From: an uncultured bacterium
GTDB taxonomy: Bacteria; Acidobacteriota; Thermoanaerobaculia; Multivoradales; JAHZIX01
NCBI GenBank assembly: GCA_965368975.1
Contig: CBDUPA010000004.1
Location: 64,001-128,000 of the forward strand
Direction: 5' to 3'
Length of the DNA: 64,000 bases
Positions within the stretch are counted from its first letter, which is position 1. The number at the start of each line of letters is the position of its first letter. Below are positions 20,718 through 30,440 of this stretch, one piece after another. The notes beneath the pieces were generated by a model, which saw only the letters and a list, made by a program, of their open reading frames with translations, ran no database searches and was not told the origin of the DNA. Both the position numbers and the translations under genes were made by a program.

Positions 20718-21728
20718 CTACAATTCCAACATCTCCTCCACCGTCTTCAACACGTCCTCCTCCTCGATCCCCACCAGCTGCAACGATCGCCCCAGCTTGA
20801 GCAGCGAGAATCCACGCTTGCCACGCAGGATGGTGTGACCATCGCCGGGCGGAGGCTCGGGACGGGCGCCTTCCCGGGGTCCAAGCAGTGCCAGGCAGGG
20901 GACGCCGAGGGCGGCAGCGAGCTGGAGGTAGCCGCTCTCGACACCGACGACCAGATCGGCCAGGGCCAGCACGGACGCCAGCTGCGCCAAGTTGAGATCC
21001 GGGCCGATCAGGGGGACGAAGCGTGCCGTCTCTTCGTGGATCCGCACGGCGGGCCACAGGTAGTCGCGCGCGCCCGCGACGAGGAACTGCCGCACGCGGG
21101 GGTTGCGCCGACGCAGCGTGCGAGCAAGCCCGGCGAAACTCTGCCAGGGCCAGACAGGGGCCGTGGGGCTGTCCGAGATGGGGGCCAGAGCAACCAAGGG
21201 GCCGCCGGTGTCGGCGATGTGGGCCCGGTCGAGCAGGTTCTTGCCCTCGCTCAAGTGGTCCTCGTTCGGGATCAGGCGTGGCGGCTGGTCTGCCGGCAAG
21301 CACAGGCCGAGGGCGCTGAGCAGGTTGGCCGGACGGTACCAGGCGGGTTGCAGGGGCAGGTCACGCGGTCGCGGCACGGACGGCTTGAGGAAGAAGCGGC
21401 GTAGGCCGCCACGGTAGCCCCAGCGCGGCTCCAGGCCGGCGCTGAGCACCAGCCATGGACCGTCGAGTGAGCTGTCGAGCAAGAGCCCGTCGGTGCATTC
21501 TTGGCGCCGAATGTCCGACACCGTGCGATCCTCGGACTCGACGAGCTCGACTGTCGCCTCGACGGCCGGCACCAGTTTGAACAGGGCTTGCACATCGCCT
21601 GGAGTCAGGACGATGGTGCGGTGGCCTTCACGGGCCAAGACGTGGATCGTCGGTAGCGCCGCGATCGCGCCGGTCAAGTTCGGGTTCGGGACGACGAGTG
21701 TGCGCGGTGTGGGGTCGCCCGGGCTCAT
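20718..21728 (-). CDS. Glycosyltransferase family 9 (heptosyltransferase-like), divergent motifs
   Basis: PRWGY, WPWQSF, LNLAQLASVLALADLVVGVESGYLQLAAALGVPCLALLGP; last gene of the waaA-lpxK operon. Confidence 0.75.
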   Translation of the reverse strand: MSPGDPTPRTLVVPNPNLTGAIAALPTIHVLAREGHRTIVLTPGDVQALFKLVPAVEATVELVESEDRTVSDIRRQECTDGLLLDSSLDGPWLVLSAGLEPRWGYRGGLRRFFLKPSVPRPRDLPLQPAWYRPANLLSALGLCLPADQPPRLIPNEDHLSEGKNLLDRAHIADTGGPLVALAPISDSPTAPVWPWQSFAGLARTLRRRNPRVRQFLVAGARDYLWPAVRIHEETARFVPLIGPDLNLAQLASVLALADLVVGVESGYLQLAAALGVPCLALLGPREGARPEPPPGDGHTILRGKRGFSLLKLGRSLQLVGIEEEDVLKTVEEMLEL

Positions 21729-22237
21729 GGCGTGGCTTTTCGCAAGATCAACGTGTAGTCGCGGCCGTGCTGCTCCACCTGTGCCGCCAGCAAGGCGGCG
21801 CGGCCGAGGTCGGCGAGACGGGCGGCGGTGGTCCAGGAAGTCTGCTGCTTGCCGACATCCAACAGCAGGCCAACCGTGCCGGCGCTCTGCAGGTGACGGA
21901 CCAGGACTCGGGGCGAGCCGAAGACCGGGGGCTCTGGGCGCAGCCGTGGCAGGTGGAGGCGCAGCCGCCGTAGCAACGTCGCGTTGATGCCGCAGCGGCC
22001 GAAGGAGTGTGTGTCAAGAAAGCCCAGGGGACCTGCATAGAGGTGAGCGGCCAGGGCGGCGGCCGTCCACGCGGGGTGGGGTTGCAGGGTCAGCACGACG
22101 CCGCGCGGTGTCCCCTCGGCATCCTGGCGTGCCGCGTGGAGGTGGTCCCATCCTTCGAGATGTAAATGCCGGCACAGGCGCACGGGCGACAGGCGCAGGG
22201 GCCGCAGGCCGTGGTGTAGGTGCGGTGAGGAGATCAC
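21725..22237 (-). CDS. Short, degenerate lipid A late acyltransferase (LpxL/HtrB)-like protein
   Basis: LEGWDHLHAARQ..RGVVL, LVRHLQSAGTVGLLLD, AARLA resemble the LpxL core; coupled to lpxK by GTGA and to the GT9 gene by ATGA. Confidence 0.5.
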   Translation of the reverse strand: MISSPHLHHGLRPLRLSPVRLCRHLHLEGWDHLHAARQDAEGTPRGVVLTLQPHPAWTAAALAAHLYAGPLGFLDTHSFGRCGINATLLRRLRLHLPRLRPEPPVFGSPRVLVRHLQSAGTVGLLLDVGKQQTSWTTAARLADLGRAALLAAQVEQHGRDYTLILRKATP

Positions 22238-23382
22238 GCGCGCAGCTCCAGCTTTCCCTGTCGCATCCAAGCTTCCAGTCGGTGGCCCAACCAGTCCCAG
22301 AAGGCAGCTTCCGGTCGGGCGCGCACGGGTAGTTCGGCCAGTGGCAGGTCGTCCAGGCGACCGAGCAACTTGACGCGGTCCTTGGTGGTTACCAGGACGG
22401 CTTCGGCGCCGCAGCGGCCGAAGGTCTCGCGGATGCGTTCGAGGCTGGTGTCCGGGTAGGCGTGGTGGTCGCCGAAGTGCAGTTCCTCCGTGATCTCGAA
22501 GCCTCGGTCGATGGCGCTAGAACGGAAGTTCTGCGGGCGGGCGATGGCGGAGACGAGCAGCACACGCGTGCCGGGCCCCGGCGCCTCGCTGCCGCCGCCA
22601 CGCACCCAGCGCGCCGGCGCGGTCTCGAGATAGCAAGTGAAGCCGGGGCCCGTGAAGCCATGGGGACGCAGCGCTTCAGCCAACTCGCGCCCGCGCGTGG
22701 CCGTGGCGGGATCGGTCGGGTCACAGCCCGTCAGCAGCACCGCGCTGGCACGGCGAGCGCTGGCCAGGGGCTCGCGCAGGCGGCCGGCCGGGGCCAGGCG
22801 GCCACCGGCGAAGGGGTCGCTGGCCGGGAAGGCGAGCAAGTCGAGATCGCGAGCCAGGCGCAGATGGGAGAAGCCGTCGTCGAGCAGGAAAAGGTTGGGC
22901 GGTGGTTCCAGGCGTTCCAGGGCGGCGCGCCCGGCGTCGCCGCGACGTGGCGCTACCACGACCGCGACGCCGGGTAGCTCACCAGCCAGCAGCACGGGCT
23001 CGTCACCGGCCAGCGACGGGGGCAACATCGGCCCGTCGCCAGTGCTGACGATGCGGGTGTCGGTGTCCTTGCGGCCGTAGCCGCGCGACAGGACCGCCAC
23101 GCACCAGCTGTCTGTGCCGGTCTGCTGGCGCCCCCAGTCGCGCAGCCAGGTGCCGAGGGCGGCGGTCAGAGGAGTCTTGCCACCACCGCCCCAGCAGAGG
23201 TTACCGATGCTGATCACCGGTCGGGGCAGACGTTCGGCACGACTCCGGTACCAGCTGGATCGCCAGCGGTGGACGGCGCCATAGAAGAGCTGCCACGGTG
23301 AGCGCGGCACGGTTGGCGGCGTCCAGGGTGGCGTCGTCAGGGGGGAGGTCTTCGGGGACACAGTCGTGGCGGACAGCGTCAT
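22234..23382 (-). CDS. lpxK: Tetraacyldisaccharide 4'-kinase
   Basis: PVISIGNLCWGGGGKTP, LSRGYGR, GDEP, LLDDGFSH, GRLREP, FGDHHAY, TTKDRVK. Confidence 0.93.
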   Translation of the reverse strand: MTLSATTVSPKTSPLTTPPWTPPTVPRSPWQLFYGAVHRWRSSWYRSRAERLPRPVISIGNLCWGGGGKTPLTAALGTWLRDWGRQQTGTDSWCVAVLSRGYGRKDTDTRIVSTGDGPMLPPSLAGDEPVLLAGELPGVAVVVAPRRGDAGRAALERLEPPPNLFLLDDGFSHLRLARDLDLLAFPASDPFAGGRLAPAGRLREPLASARRASAVLLTGCDPTDPATATRGRELAEALRPHGFTGPGFTCYLETAPARWVRGGGSEAPGPGTRVLLVSAIARPQNFRSSAIDRGFEITEELHFGDHHAYPDTSLERIRETFGRCGAEAVLVTTKDRVKLLGRLDDLPLAELPVRARPEAAFWDWLGHRLEAWMRQGKLELRA

Positions 23383-24767
23383 GCCTGCCCCTCCGCTACG
23401 TCTTTCCTGGCCACAGATCGACGCAGCACCGTGTCGAGCACCGGCTGCAGCAAGCCTAGCGTTGCCGCGACGGCACCACGGTTGGCATCGATCAGCGAAC
23501 GGCCGCGGGCACCGAGCGCGGCGGCAGCCTCGGCGTCCTGCAGCCAGCGGTCCCACACGGCCGCCAGGCTGGAGGCATCCTCGACGCGCGCCCAAGCCTC
23601 GGCTTCGTCGAAGTGCCCGGCGATCTCGCGGAAGTTGTGCATCGATGGCCCTACCACCACGGGTACCCTGACACAGGCGGCTTCCAGCGGATTGTGACCG
23701 CCGGTGTCGACCAACGTACCGCCGATGAAGGCGCCGCGCGCCAGGCGGTAGAGGGCGGCGAGTTCGCCCAGGCTGTCGAGCAGGACGACATCAGGCGGGG
23801 CCGTTCCCTGTTCGCCGCCTGTGCCCCTCGCGGCCATTTGACTGCGTCGCCGGCACTGCAGTCCCCGTCGTTCGACCAACTGCGCGACCTCGTCCCAGCG
23901 TTCGGGATGCCGAGGCACGAGCACGAGGAGGGCCCGCGCACCGCTACCCAGTTGCGCAAAGGCGTCGAGCACGATCTCATCCTCTCCGGACATCGTCGAG
24001 CCAGCGATCAACAGCGGTCGTTCTCCGGTCAGTCCTTCTCTGGCCAGCCGGCGCAGCCAGGCCTCGACTTCGGGTTTCGACGGCGGCGGCGGCGTCTCGT
24101 ACTTGAGATTACCGGTCACCAGGACGCTGTCCGCCGCGACGCCCAGCTGCAGCAGCCGTTCGCGATCCTGCTCGGTCTGGACGCCGAAGTGAGCGACGGC
24201 GCCGAAGCGCAGGTCGTGCAGCCACGCACCGCGTTTGTGGAGTCGCCGGAAGCCTCGGTCACTCAGGCGGCCGTTGACGACCGCGACGGGCAGGTCTCGC
24301 CGGCGCGCGCGGTCAAGCAGCAGCGGCCAGTAGTCCCCCTCCACCATCACCAGTGCGGCGGGCCGGTGGCGCTCCAGGAAGCGGTCCACGGGCGCGCCGA
24401 AGTCGAACGGCAAGTAGTCGACGGCGGCAGTGCCGGCTTCGAGGCGCGACGCCAGAGCGGCGCGGGCACGCTCCTGACCGGTGGGTGTGACGGTGGTGAC
24501 GAGCAGGGGCAGCTCAGGAGGCAGTGACCGGATCAGCGTCATGGCGACGCCGACCTCGCCCACCGACACGGCGTGCAGCCACAGGGCTCCGGCGGGCGCT
24601 GCCACGCTGGCCTGGCGTAGTCCCAGGCGTGGCGCCAGCGTCGGGCCGTAGTGGCCGCCCTTGCGGGCCAGCAGGAACGGTGCCGCCAGCGCCAATAGTC
24701 CCGCCTGTGCCGCTTGATACCCCCACCAGCCGAGGCGTCTCAGCCAGCTGCCCTTCGATTGCCTCAT
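23379..24767 (-). CDS. waaA: 3-deoxy-D-manno-octulosonic acid (Kdo) transferase
   Basis: LWLHAVSVGE, YLPFD, VNGRLS, TGNLKYE, AGST, VPRHPER, GGHNPLE, GPSMHNF. Confidence 0.94.
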   Translation of the reverse strand: MRQSKGSWLRRLGWWGYQAAQAGLLALAAPFLLARKGGHYGPTLAPRLGLRQASVAAPAGALWLHAVSVGEVGVAMTLIRSLPPELPLLVTTVTPTGQERARAALASRLEAGTAAVDYLPFDFGAPVDRFLERHRPAALVMVEGDYWPLLLDRARRRDLPVAVVNGRLSDRGFRRLHKRGAWLHDLRFGAVAHFGVQTEQDRERLLQLGVAADSVLVTGNLKYETPPPPSKPEVEAWLRRLAREGLTGERPLLIAGSTMSGEDEIVLDAFAQLGSGARALLVLVPRHPERWDEVAQLVERRGLQCRRRSQMAARGTGGEQGTAPPDVVLLDSLGELAALYRLARGAFIGGTLVDTGGHNPLEAACVRVPVVVGPSMHNFREIAGHFDEAEAWARVEDASSLAAVWDRWLQDAEAAAALGARGRSLIDANRGAVAATLGLLQPVLDTVLRRSVARKDVAEGQA

Positions 24768-24917
24768 GGTGGAGGCCAGTATAGTCTGTCCGTGTGGCCT
24801 TCGCCGCCTTAGACGGGGAGCGGCTGTGTGCCGTACAAGGTGATGACTGTGGACAAAGACATCGAAGCTGCCAACCGGCATGGCCCTGAAGCGTCCAAGA
24901 CCAAGATGTCGCAAACT

Positions 24918-24977
24918 CAGACGCCACAGATCCAGACTCCAGAGACCCAGACTCCAGAGATCCAGACGCCAAAGACC
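24918..24977. repeat. Four 15-bp tandem repeats (consensus CAGACKCCAVAGAYC) in the waaA/ECF sigma divergent region
   Basis: cagacgccacagatc, cagactccagagacc, cagactccagagatc, cagacgccaaagacc, with further degenerate copies to about 25017. Confidence 0.85.
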
Positions 24978-25031
24978 TGTACGCGATCCAGACTCCGAGA
25001 TTCAGAACCCGACACCCAGGACACCTGCGAT

Positions 25032-25682
25032 ATGGCCACACCACAGCTCGTCTACTCCGCCCACCGCCAGCGCCGGCAACTTGCCGAGGCGACCGATCTG
25101 GAGCTGCTGCAGACGCTGCAGGCAGGCGACGACAGTGCCCTGGACGAGTTGATCGAGCGCAAGACGCAGCCGCTCATCCAGTCGGTCTACCGCATCTTGG
25201 GTGACCTGGAAGAGGCACGCGACATCGTGCAAGTGACTTTCTTGCGCGTCTGGGAGCACCGCGACCGCTTCGATGCTCGCTGGAGTCCCAACACCTGGAT
25301 CTTCCGCATCGCCAACAACTTGGCGATCGATCATCTACGCGCCCGCCGCACACGCCAACGCAGCACAGAGCCCGTGCGTGTGCACCTGCGGCAGGTCGGG
25401 TCCGGTGGTCGCCCCAACAACGCCTCGCGGCTCCAGGAGCGCGAGGTGATGGACATCTTCGAAGAGCTGGCCGGCGAACTGACCGAGAAGCAACGCGCGG
25501 TCTTTCTCCTGCGCGAGGTCGAAGAGCTGCCGTCGCAGGAGGTCGCCGAGATCGTTGGCTGCCGAGAGTCGACGGTGCGCAATCACCTGTTCAACGCGCG
25601 CAAGACGTTGCGTCGTGCGCTTTCCGAGCGCTACCCGGAATACGCAGGCCGCCACCGCGTGCGGCAGGAGGTGGCGGAATGA
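25032..25682 (+). CDS. ECF RNA polymerase sigma factor
   Basis: Region 2 EARDIVQVTFLRVW/WIFRIANNLAIDHLR; region 4 QRAVFLLREVEELPSQEVAEIVGCRESTVRNHLFNARKTLR; frame is open upstream to 24828. Confidence 0.92.
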   Translation: MATPQLVYSAHRQRRQLAEATDLELLQTLQAGDDSALDELIERKTQPLIQSVYRILGDLEEARDIVQVTFLRVWEHRDRFDARWSPNTWIFRIANNLAIDHLRARRTRQRSTEPVRVHLRQVGSGGRPNNASRLQEREVMDIFEELAGELTEKQRAVFLLREVEELPSQEVAEIVGCRESTVRNHLFNARKTLRRALSERYPEYAGRHRVRQEVAE

Positions 25683-26356
25683 GTCGGCAGGAAGGCTCCC
25701 GTGGATGTCCCAGCGACTGGCTACCGCTGCTCGATCACCGCTTCGATCCCGAGGTCGCCGAGCCGGCCGACTGGCCGCGCCTGCGCGCTCACCTGGACGG
25801 CTGTGCACGTTGCCGCGAAGAAGCCTGCGCCATCGATCCGACGCTGGCCTTCGGGCGCTTGCCCGAGGTGTATGTCGACGCGGCCGATATCGCGTCCATG
25901 AAGCAGGCGGTAGCGACCTTGCGCCGTGGTCGTGAGCTGGAAACCGAGAGTGCGGCGGTCGAGAAGCAGTTGCCGCGCGGGCGCTTTGCGCTGAGCCGGC
26001 GGGTCATGGGATGGGCCGCGGCGGTCACCCTGGTCGTGGCCGGTGGCGGCCTGGCGGAGCGTGCGCTGCAGGACGGCCGGCAGGCTGTCGCGGAGCCGGA
26101 CTCGATGGTCGAGGAGGCTTCTGCGAGTGATCAGACCTTTGCCACCGAGCGCATCGAGATCGTCGCCGATCCGCGCTTGATCCTCGACGATCTGGCCGCG
26201 GATGTGCTGGCCAACGATATCGCCGATGGTCCCATCGTCGAGAGTATCGACCCTGGGTCGACCGTCTATACCCTGGCTTCACAGCCGAGTTCGACGCGCG
26301 CGGCAGTGGCTTGGGTGATCAACCCGTCGGTAGAGCTGCGGCCACCCGGCGTTTGA
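25679..26356 (+). CDS. Zinc-finger (HxxxCxxC) membrane anti-sigma factor
   Basis: AHLDGCARC, one TM helix (WAAAVTLVVAGGGL), ATGA overlap with the sigma gene. Confidence 0.8.
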   Translation: MSRQEGSRGCPSDWLPLLDHRFDPEVAEPADWPRLRAHLDGCARCREEACAIDPTLAFGRLPEVYVDAADIASMKQAVATLRRGRELETESAAVEKQLPRGRFALSRRVMGWAAAVTLVVAGGGLAERALQDGRQAVAEPDSMVEEASASDQTFATERIEIVADPRLILDDLAADVLANDIADGPIVESIDPGSTVYTLASQPSSTRAAVAWVINPSVELRPPGV

Positions 26357-26465
26357 CCCCTGTTCGGGCACTGGCTATCTCGAGTAACGATCGACGAACC
26401 ATCTATTGGATCAATTCCCTTCGACCGGTTTCCCTTCGAAGAGGCGTGACGAGGAAGTACCAAGC

Positions 26466-27314
26466 ATGATGCGAGCGCAGTTCGACTGCTCACGGCGCCG
26501 GCTCGTTTCGCCGGCGTTCTTGCTGATCCTGGCGCTGTGCCTGAGCGTTGCTGGAGCCGGTGTCTTGTGGGCGCAAGAGGGCGAGCCGACCGCTTCGACG
26601 CGCGCCTCCCGGCCCGGTACCTCGGCTCCGAGTACCGCTCCTGCTGCGGCGCCGTTGCAACTGCATGCCTATACGCTCGAACACCAGCCGGCCGTCGAGG
26701 TGCTGCCGCTGGTTTACCCACTGCTGTCCGAGCGGGGCACCATTGAGCTGAAGCCACAGGAGAACACACTGGTGGTGCGCGACGTACGTCAGCACATCCA
26801 CCGCATCCTGCCGGTGCTCTACGGCTTCGACCGCCCGAGCCAGGCGATCGACCTCGAGATCCAGCTGGTACGTGCGACGAGTCGCGCCTTCTCGCCGATT
26901 CCTGAAAACCAGGTGCCGGCGCCGCTGCTCGAGGGTCTCAAGGAAGTCATGCCCTACCATAGCTACCAATTGCTCGCCAGTACGCGGCTGAACAGTCGTG
27001 AAGGCGAACAAGTGCAGTACGTGCTGGGCGACGACTACCGCTTCCGCTTCCGTGTCGGCAAGGTGAGTCAGGGTCGCCGGCTGCGTCTGCACGGCCTTCG
27101 TGTCAGCCAACTCGACGTGCCAGAGACGCCTGACAAGAGCGTGCAGCTGACCGATCTGCCAGAGCGCAGCCTCCTCTACGTCAATCTCAATCTCTTTCTG
27201 GGGCAGCCCCTGTATCTCGGCCTCGCGGCCAGCGAGTCGAGTTCCGAGGCGTTGATCCTGGTGCTCACCGCTTACGGTCCGACCGCGCCGAATCCGGGCG
27301 CCGCGGAGCGTTGA
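26466..27314 (+). CDS. Exported protein with a secretin N-domain-like (NolW-like) segment
   Basis: Signal peptide; YTLEHQPAVEVLPLVYPLLSERGTIELKPQENTLVVRD..I..L..FDRP resembles secretin N repeats. Confidence 0.55.
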   Translation: MMRAQFDCSRRRLVSPAFLLILALCLSVAGAGVLWAQEGEPTASTRASRPGTSAPSTAPAAAPLQLHAYTLEHQPAVEVLPLVYPLLSERGTIELKPQENTLVVRDVRQHIHRILPVLYGFDRPSQAIDLEIQLVRATSRAFSPIPENQVPAPLLEGLKEVMPYHSYQLLASTRLNSREGEQVQYVLGDDYRFRFRVGKVSQGRRLRLHGLRVSQLDVPETPDKSVQLTDLPERSLLYVNLNLFLGQPLYLGLAASESSSEALILVLTAYGPTAPNPGAAER

Positions 27315-27377
27315 GGCCGGTGCCGTGGATCAGCAGCGTCGTAGATCCGCTGTCGCGCACGGGAGCATGAGTTGAGC

Positions 27378-28610
27378 ATGGAATTTGTTTGCCGTCTGGG
27401 CACGCCCGAAGGGCAAGTGGTCGAAGAGCAGCACCAGGGCCGCGACGAGAGCGCTCTGCGCAACGAGTTGGAGCGTCGCGGTTATCACGTCTTCGAACTG
27501 CGCCGGAAGGGGTTGGGCGGCAAACTGTCGCTCTCGAGGATGTTCAGCAAAGCGCTGGGAACCGGGCCGAAGAAGATCGGAACCGAAGATTTCCTCATCT
27601 TCAACCAGGAGATGGCGGCGCTGCTACGCGCGGGGCTGCCACTGCTCGAAGCGCTCAACTTGATGCTCGAGCGGATGAAGAATCCGGACTTCCGGCCAGT
27701 GCTCGAAGATATCCGTGATCGGGTCAAGACCGGGCAGGATCTGAGCGAGGCTTTCGGCTCCTACGGCGACATGTTTCCGCGCATCTATGCTTCCTCGCTC
27801 AAGGCGGGAGAGCGCAGCGGCGAGATGGAAGGCGTGATCCGACGCTTCATTCGCCACACGCGGCTTGTACTGGACGCGCGCAAGAAAGTCGTTTCGGCGC
27901 TGGTCTACCCGGCTGTGCTGATCGGCCTGTCCGTGGTCATGATCTCGGTGATGGCCATCTACGTGGTACCCAAGTTCAGCGATTTCTACAAGGATCTCGA
28001 CGCCGAGTTGCCGGCCCTGACGCAAGTGACACTGGGGATCGCCGACTTCGCGCGCAGCAACTGGATCTTGATCTTCGCCGCTGTCGTGATCGGCATCTGG
28101 TCGTTCAACCGCTGGCGTCGCACCGAGACCGGTCGGCTGCAATTCGATGCCCTGCGCTTGCGCGTACCGCTGATCGGCTCGATCCTGCACCGCTTCGGTC
28201 TGGCCGAGTTCTGTCGCTCGCTCTCCACCCTGCTCTCCGGCGGCATTCCGCTGGTGCCAGCGCTCGAGATCGCCGTCAGCTCGGTCAGCAACGCCTTTCT
28301 GCGTCACCGGCTACAGCCGGCCATCGATGCGGTGCGCGAAGGCAAGCCGTTTCACGACGCGCTGGAGCACAGCGGTATTTTCACCGACATGTCGATCGAT
28401 ATGGTCAAGGTGGGTGAGGCGACCGGTGCACTGGACGAGATGCTCGGTTCGGTCGCCGACTTCCTGGACGAGCAGGTCGAAGTGCGCATGCAGCGCCTGC
28501 TGTCGCTGGTGGAGCCGACTATGCTGGTGATCATGGGCCTGATCATCGGCCTCCTGCTGATCTCGATCTACCTGCCCTTGTTCAGCGTGATGACCCAGGT
28601 GCAAGGTTGA
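27378..28610 (+). CDS. Type II secretion F / PilC inner-membrane platform protein
   Basis: LLRAGLPLLEAL, AGERSG, SALVYP, LSGGIPL, VGEATGALDEML, LVEP. Confidence 0.92.
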   Translation: MEFVCRLGTPEGQVVEEQHQGRDESALRNELERRGYHVFELRRKGLGGKLSLSRMFSKALGTGPKKIGTEDFLIFNQEMAALLRAGLPLLEALNLMLERMKNPDFRPVLEDIRDRVKTGQDLSEAFGSYGDMFPRIYASSLKAGERSGEMEGVIRRFIRHTRLVLDARKKVVSALVYPAVLIGLSVVMISVMAIYVVPKFSDFYKDLDAELPALTQVTLGIADFARSNWILIFAAVVIGIWSFNRWRRTETGRLQFDALRLRVPLIGSILHRFGLAEFCRSLSTLLSGGIPLVPALEIAVSSVSNAFLRHRLQPAIDAVREGKPFHDALEHSGIFTDMSIDMVKVGEATGALDEMLGSVADFLDEQVEVRMQRLLSLVEPTMLVIMGLIIGLLLISIYLPLFSVMTQVQG

Positions 28611-28721
28611 GCGCGGAATCAGCGACCCCCTAGACGCGACAACCCCCCCAGTCGTTAGATACACTGCCGGCCCCGCGTTCGGCAGACAAAGCCTTCGTGT
28701 CAGAACCATGGAAACGACCTC

Positions 28722-30440
28722 GTGAACGAGACCGCCATCGACAGCGCACCGCCAGAGATCGCTGCTCCTGAGCCAGCCGCACCGGCTGCCATGCAGGTGC
28801 GAGATGGTGCGCTGCCCGAACAGCTGCAGCCGGACATCGAGCTGTCGCCGGCGGCGCAGCGCGAGCAGGAGCGGCGACAGACCCTCGAACTGGCCGAGCG
28901 CTACGGCATCGAGTTTGCCGATGTCACCAGCCTGCGCATCGACAACGACATCTTTCGTCACATCCCCTTCGATCTGATGCTGCGGTACGGTTTCATCCCG
29001 GAGACGCAGCTCGACGGTCGCCTGTCGGTGATCATGGCCGACCCCTCGGACGTCACCAAGATCGATGAGCTGGAGCTGCTGCTCGGGCAGCCGGTGGAGG
29101 TGAAAGCGGGGCAGCCGTCGGCGATCCAGGAGATCCTGGAGAAGTCCGAGAGCGCCCAGCGGGTGCTCGACGAAGCGAGCGAAGACTTCCGCATTCAACT
29201 GGTGCAGGAGGACGAGCAGGGCGAGGAAGTCCTCTCGATCGACCGCATCAGTGCCGACACCAGCCCGATCATCAAGCTGGTCGACTCGACTCTGTTCAAC
29301 GCCATCCAGCGGCGTGCGAGCGATATCCACATCGAGACCCGGGACACCGAGGTCATTATCAAGTACCGCATCGACGGCGTCCTCTACCAGGCGATGGAGC
29401 CGATCGACAAGCGGCACCACCAGACCATCATCAGCCGCATCAAGGTGATGGCGGAGCTGGACATCGCCGAGAAGCGCATCCCGCAGGACGGCCGCTTCAA
29501 GCTGCGCATGGGCGGGCGCACCATCGACTTCCGTGTCTCGATCATGCCGTCGGTGCACGGTGAGGACGCGGTCATCCGTATCTTGGACAAAGAGTCGATG
29601 AACAAGGAGTTCAAGAACCTGCGCCTGGACATCCTGGGCATCGACGACGAGACGCTCAAGAAGCTGCGCAAGTTCATTCGTGAGCCCTACGGCATGGTGC
29701 TGGTCACCGGGCCGACCGGTTCCGGTAAGACGACGACCCTCTACGCCGGTCTGTCCGAGATCCAGAGTTCGGAAGACAAGATCATCACCATCGAGGATCC
29801 GGTCGAGTACCAGCTCAAGGGCATTACCCAGATTCCGGTCAACGAGAAGAAGGGCCTGACCTTCGCGCGCGGTCTGCGCTCGATCCTGCGTCACGACCCG
29901 GACAAGATCATGGTGGGTGAGATCCGCGACGAGGAAACCGCGCAGATCGCCATCCAGTCGGCCCTCACCGGTCACCTGGTGTTCACCACCGTGCACGCCA
30001 ACAACGTGGTCGATGTGCTGGGCCGTTTCCTGAACATGAAGGTCGACCTCTACAACTTCGTGTCGGCGCTCAACTGCGTGCTGGCGCAGCGGTTGGTGCG
30101 CAAGATTTGTGAGCACTGTCGGCGTCCGGCCAAGGTGTCCCGTGAGCTACTGGAAGATAGCAGCCTCGACCCGGAGGTCTACAGCGACTTCACCTTCTAT
30201 GAGGGGGGTGGCTGTATCGAGTGCAACGGCACCGGCTTCACCGGCCGTCTGGCGGTGGCCGAGCTGCTCGACCTGTCGGACAACATTCGTGAGCTGATCC
30301 TGGCGCGCCGGCCGGCGTCGGAGATCAAGCGTGCCGCCAAAGAAGAGGGCATGCGCTTCCTGCGCGAAGCGGCTCTGGACAAAGTCTTCGAGGGAGTGAC
30401 GACGCTCCGTGAGATCAATAAAGTTACCTTCGTGGATTGA
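28722..30440 (+). CDS. GspE/PilB assembly ATPase
   Basis: ASDIHIE, PQDGR, GPTGSGKTT, TIEDPVE, LRHDPDKIMVGEIRD, TGHLVFTTVH, two CxxC motifs. Confidence 0.95.
   Translation: MNETAIDSAPPEIAAPEPAAPAAMQVRDGALPEQLQPDIELSPAAQREQERRQTLELAERYGIEFADVTSLRIDNDIFRHIPFDLMLRYGFIPETQLDGRLSVIMADPSDVTKIDELELLLGQPVEVKAGQPSAIQEILEKSESAQRVLDEASEDFRIQLVQEDEQGEEVLSIDRISADTSPIIKLVDSTLFNAIQRRASDIHIETRDTEVIIKYRIDGVLYQAMEPIDKRHHQTIISRIKVMAELDIAEKRIPQDGRFKLRMGGRTIDFRVSIMPSVHGEDAVIRILDKESMNKEFKNLRLDILGIDDETLKKLRKFIREPYGMVLVTGPTGSGKTTTLYAGLSEIQSSEDKIITIEDPVEYQLKGITQIPVNEKKGLTFARGLRSILRHDPDKIMVGEIRDEETAQIAIQSALTGHLVFTTVHANNVVDVLGRFLNMKVDLYNFVSALNCVLAQRLVRKICEHCRRPAKVSRELLEDSSLDPEVYSDFTFYEGGGCIECNGTGFTGRLAVAELLDLSDNIRELILARRPASEIKRAAKEEGMRFLREAALDKVFEGVTTLREINKVTFVD

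Noticed and set aside
24918-25017. Possible CRISPR array
   Set aside because: The units are contiguous 15-bp tandem repeats with no unique spacers, and no cas genes are in the window.
28311-30116. Long antisense ORFs (601 aa here; also 57139-58797, 59737-60972, 35367-36503)
   Set aside because: They are shadow frames opposite well-supported genes, as expected in high-GC DNA, and show no recognisable motifs.
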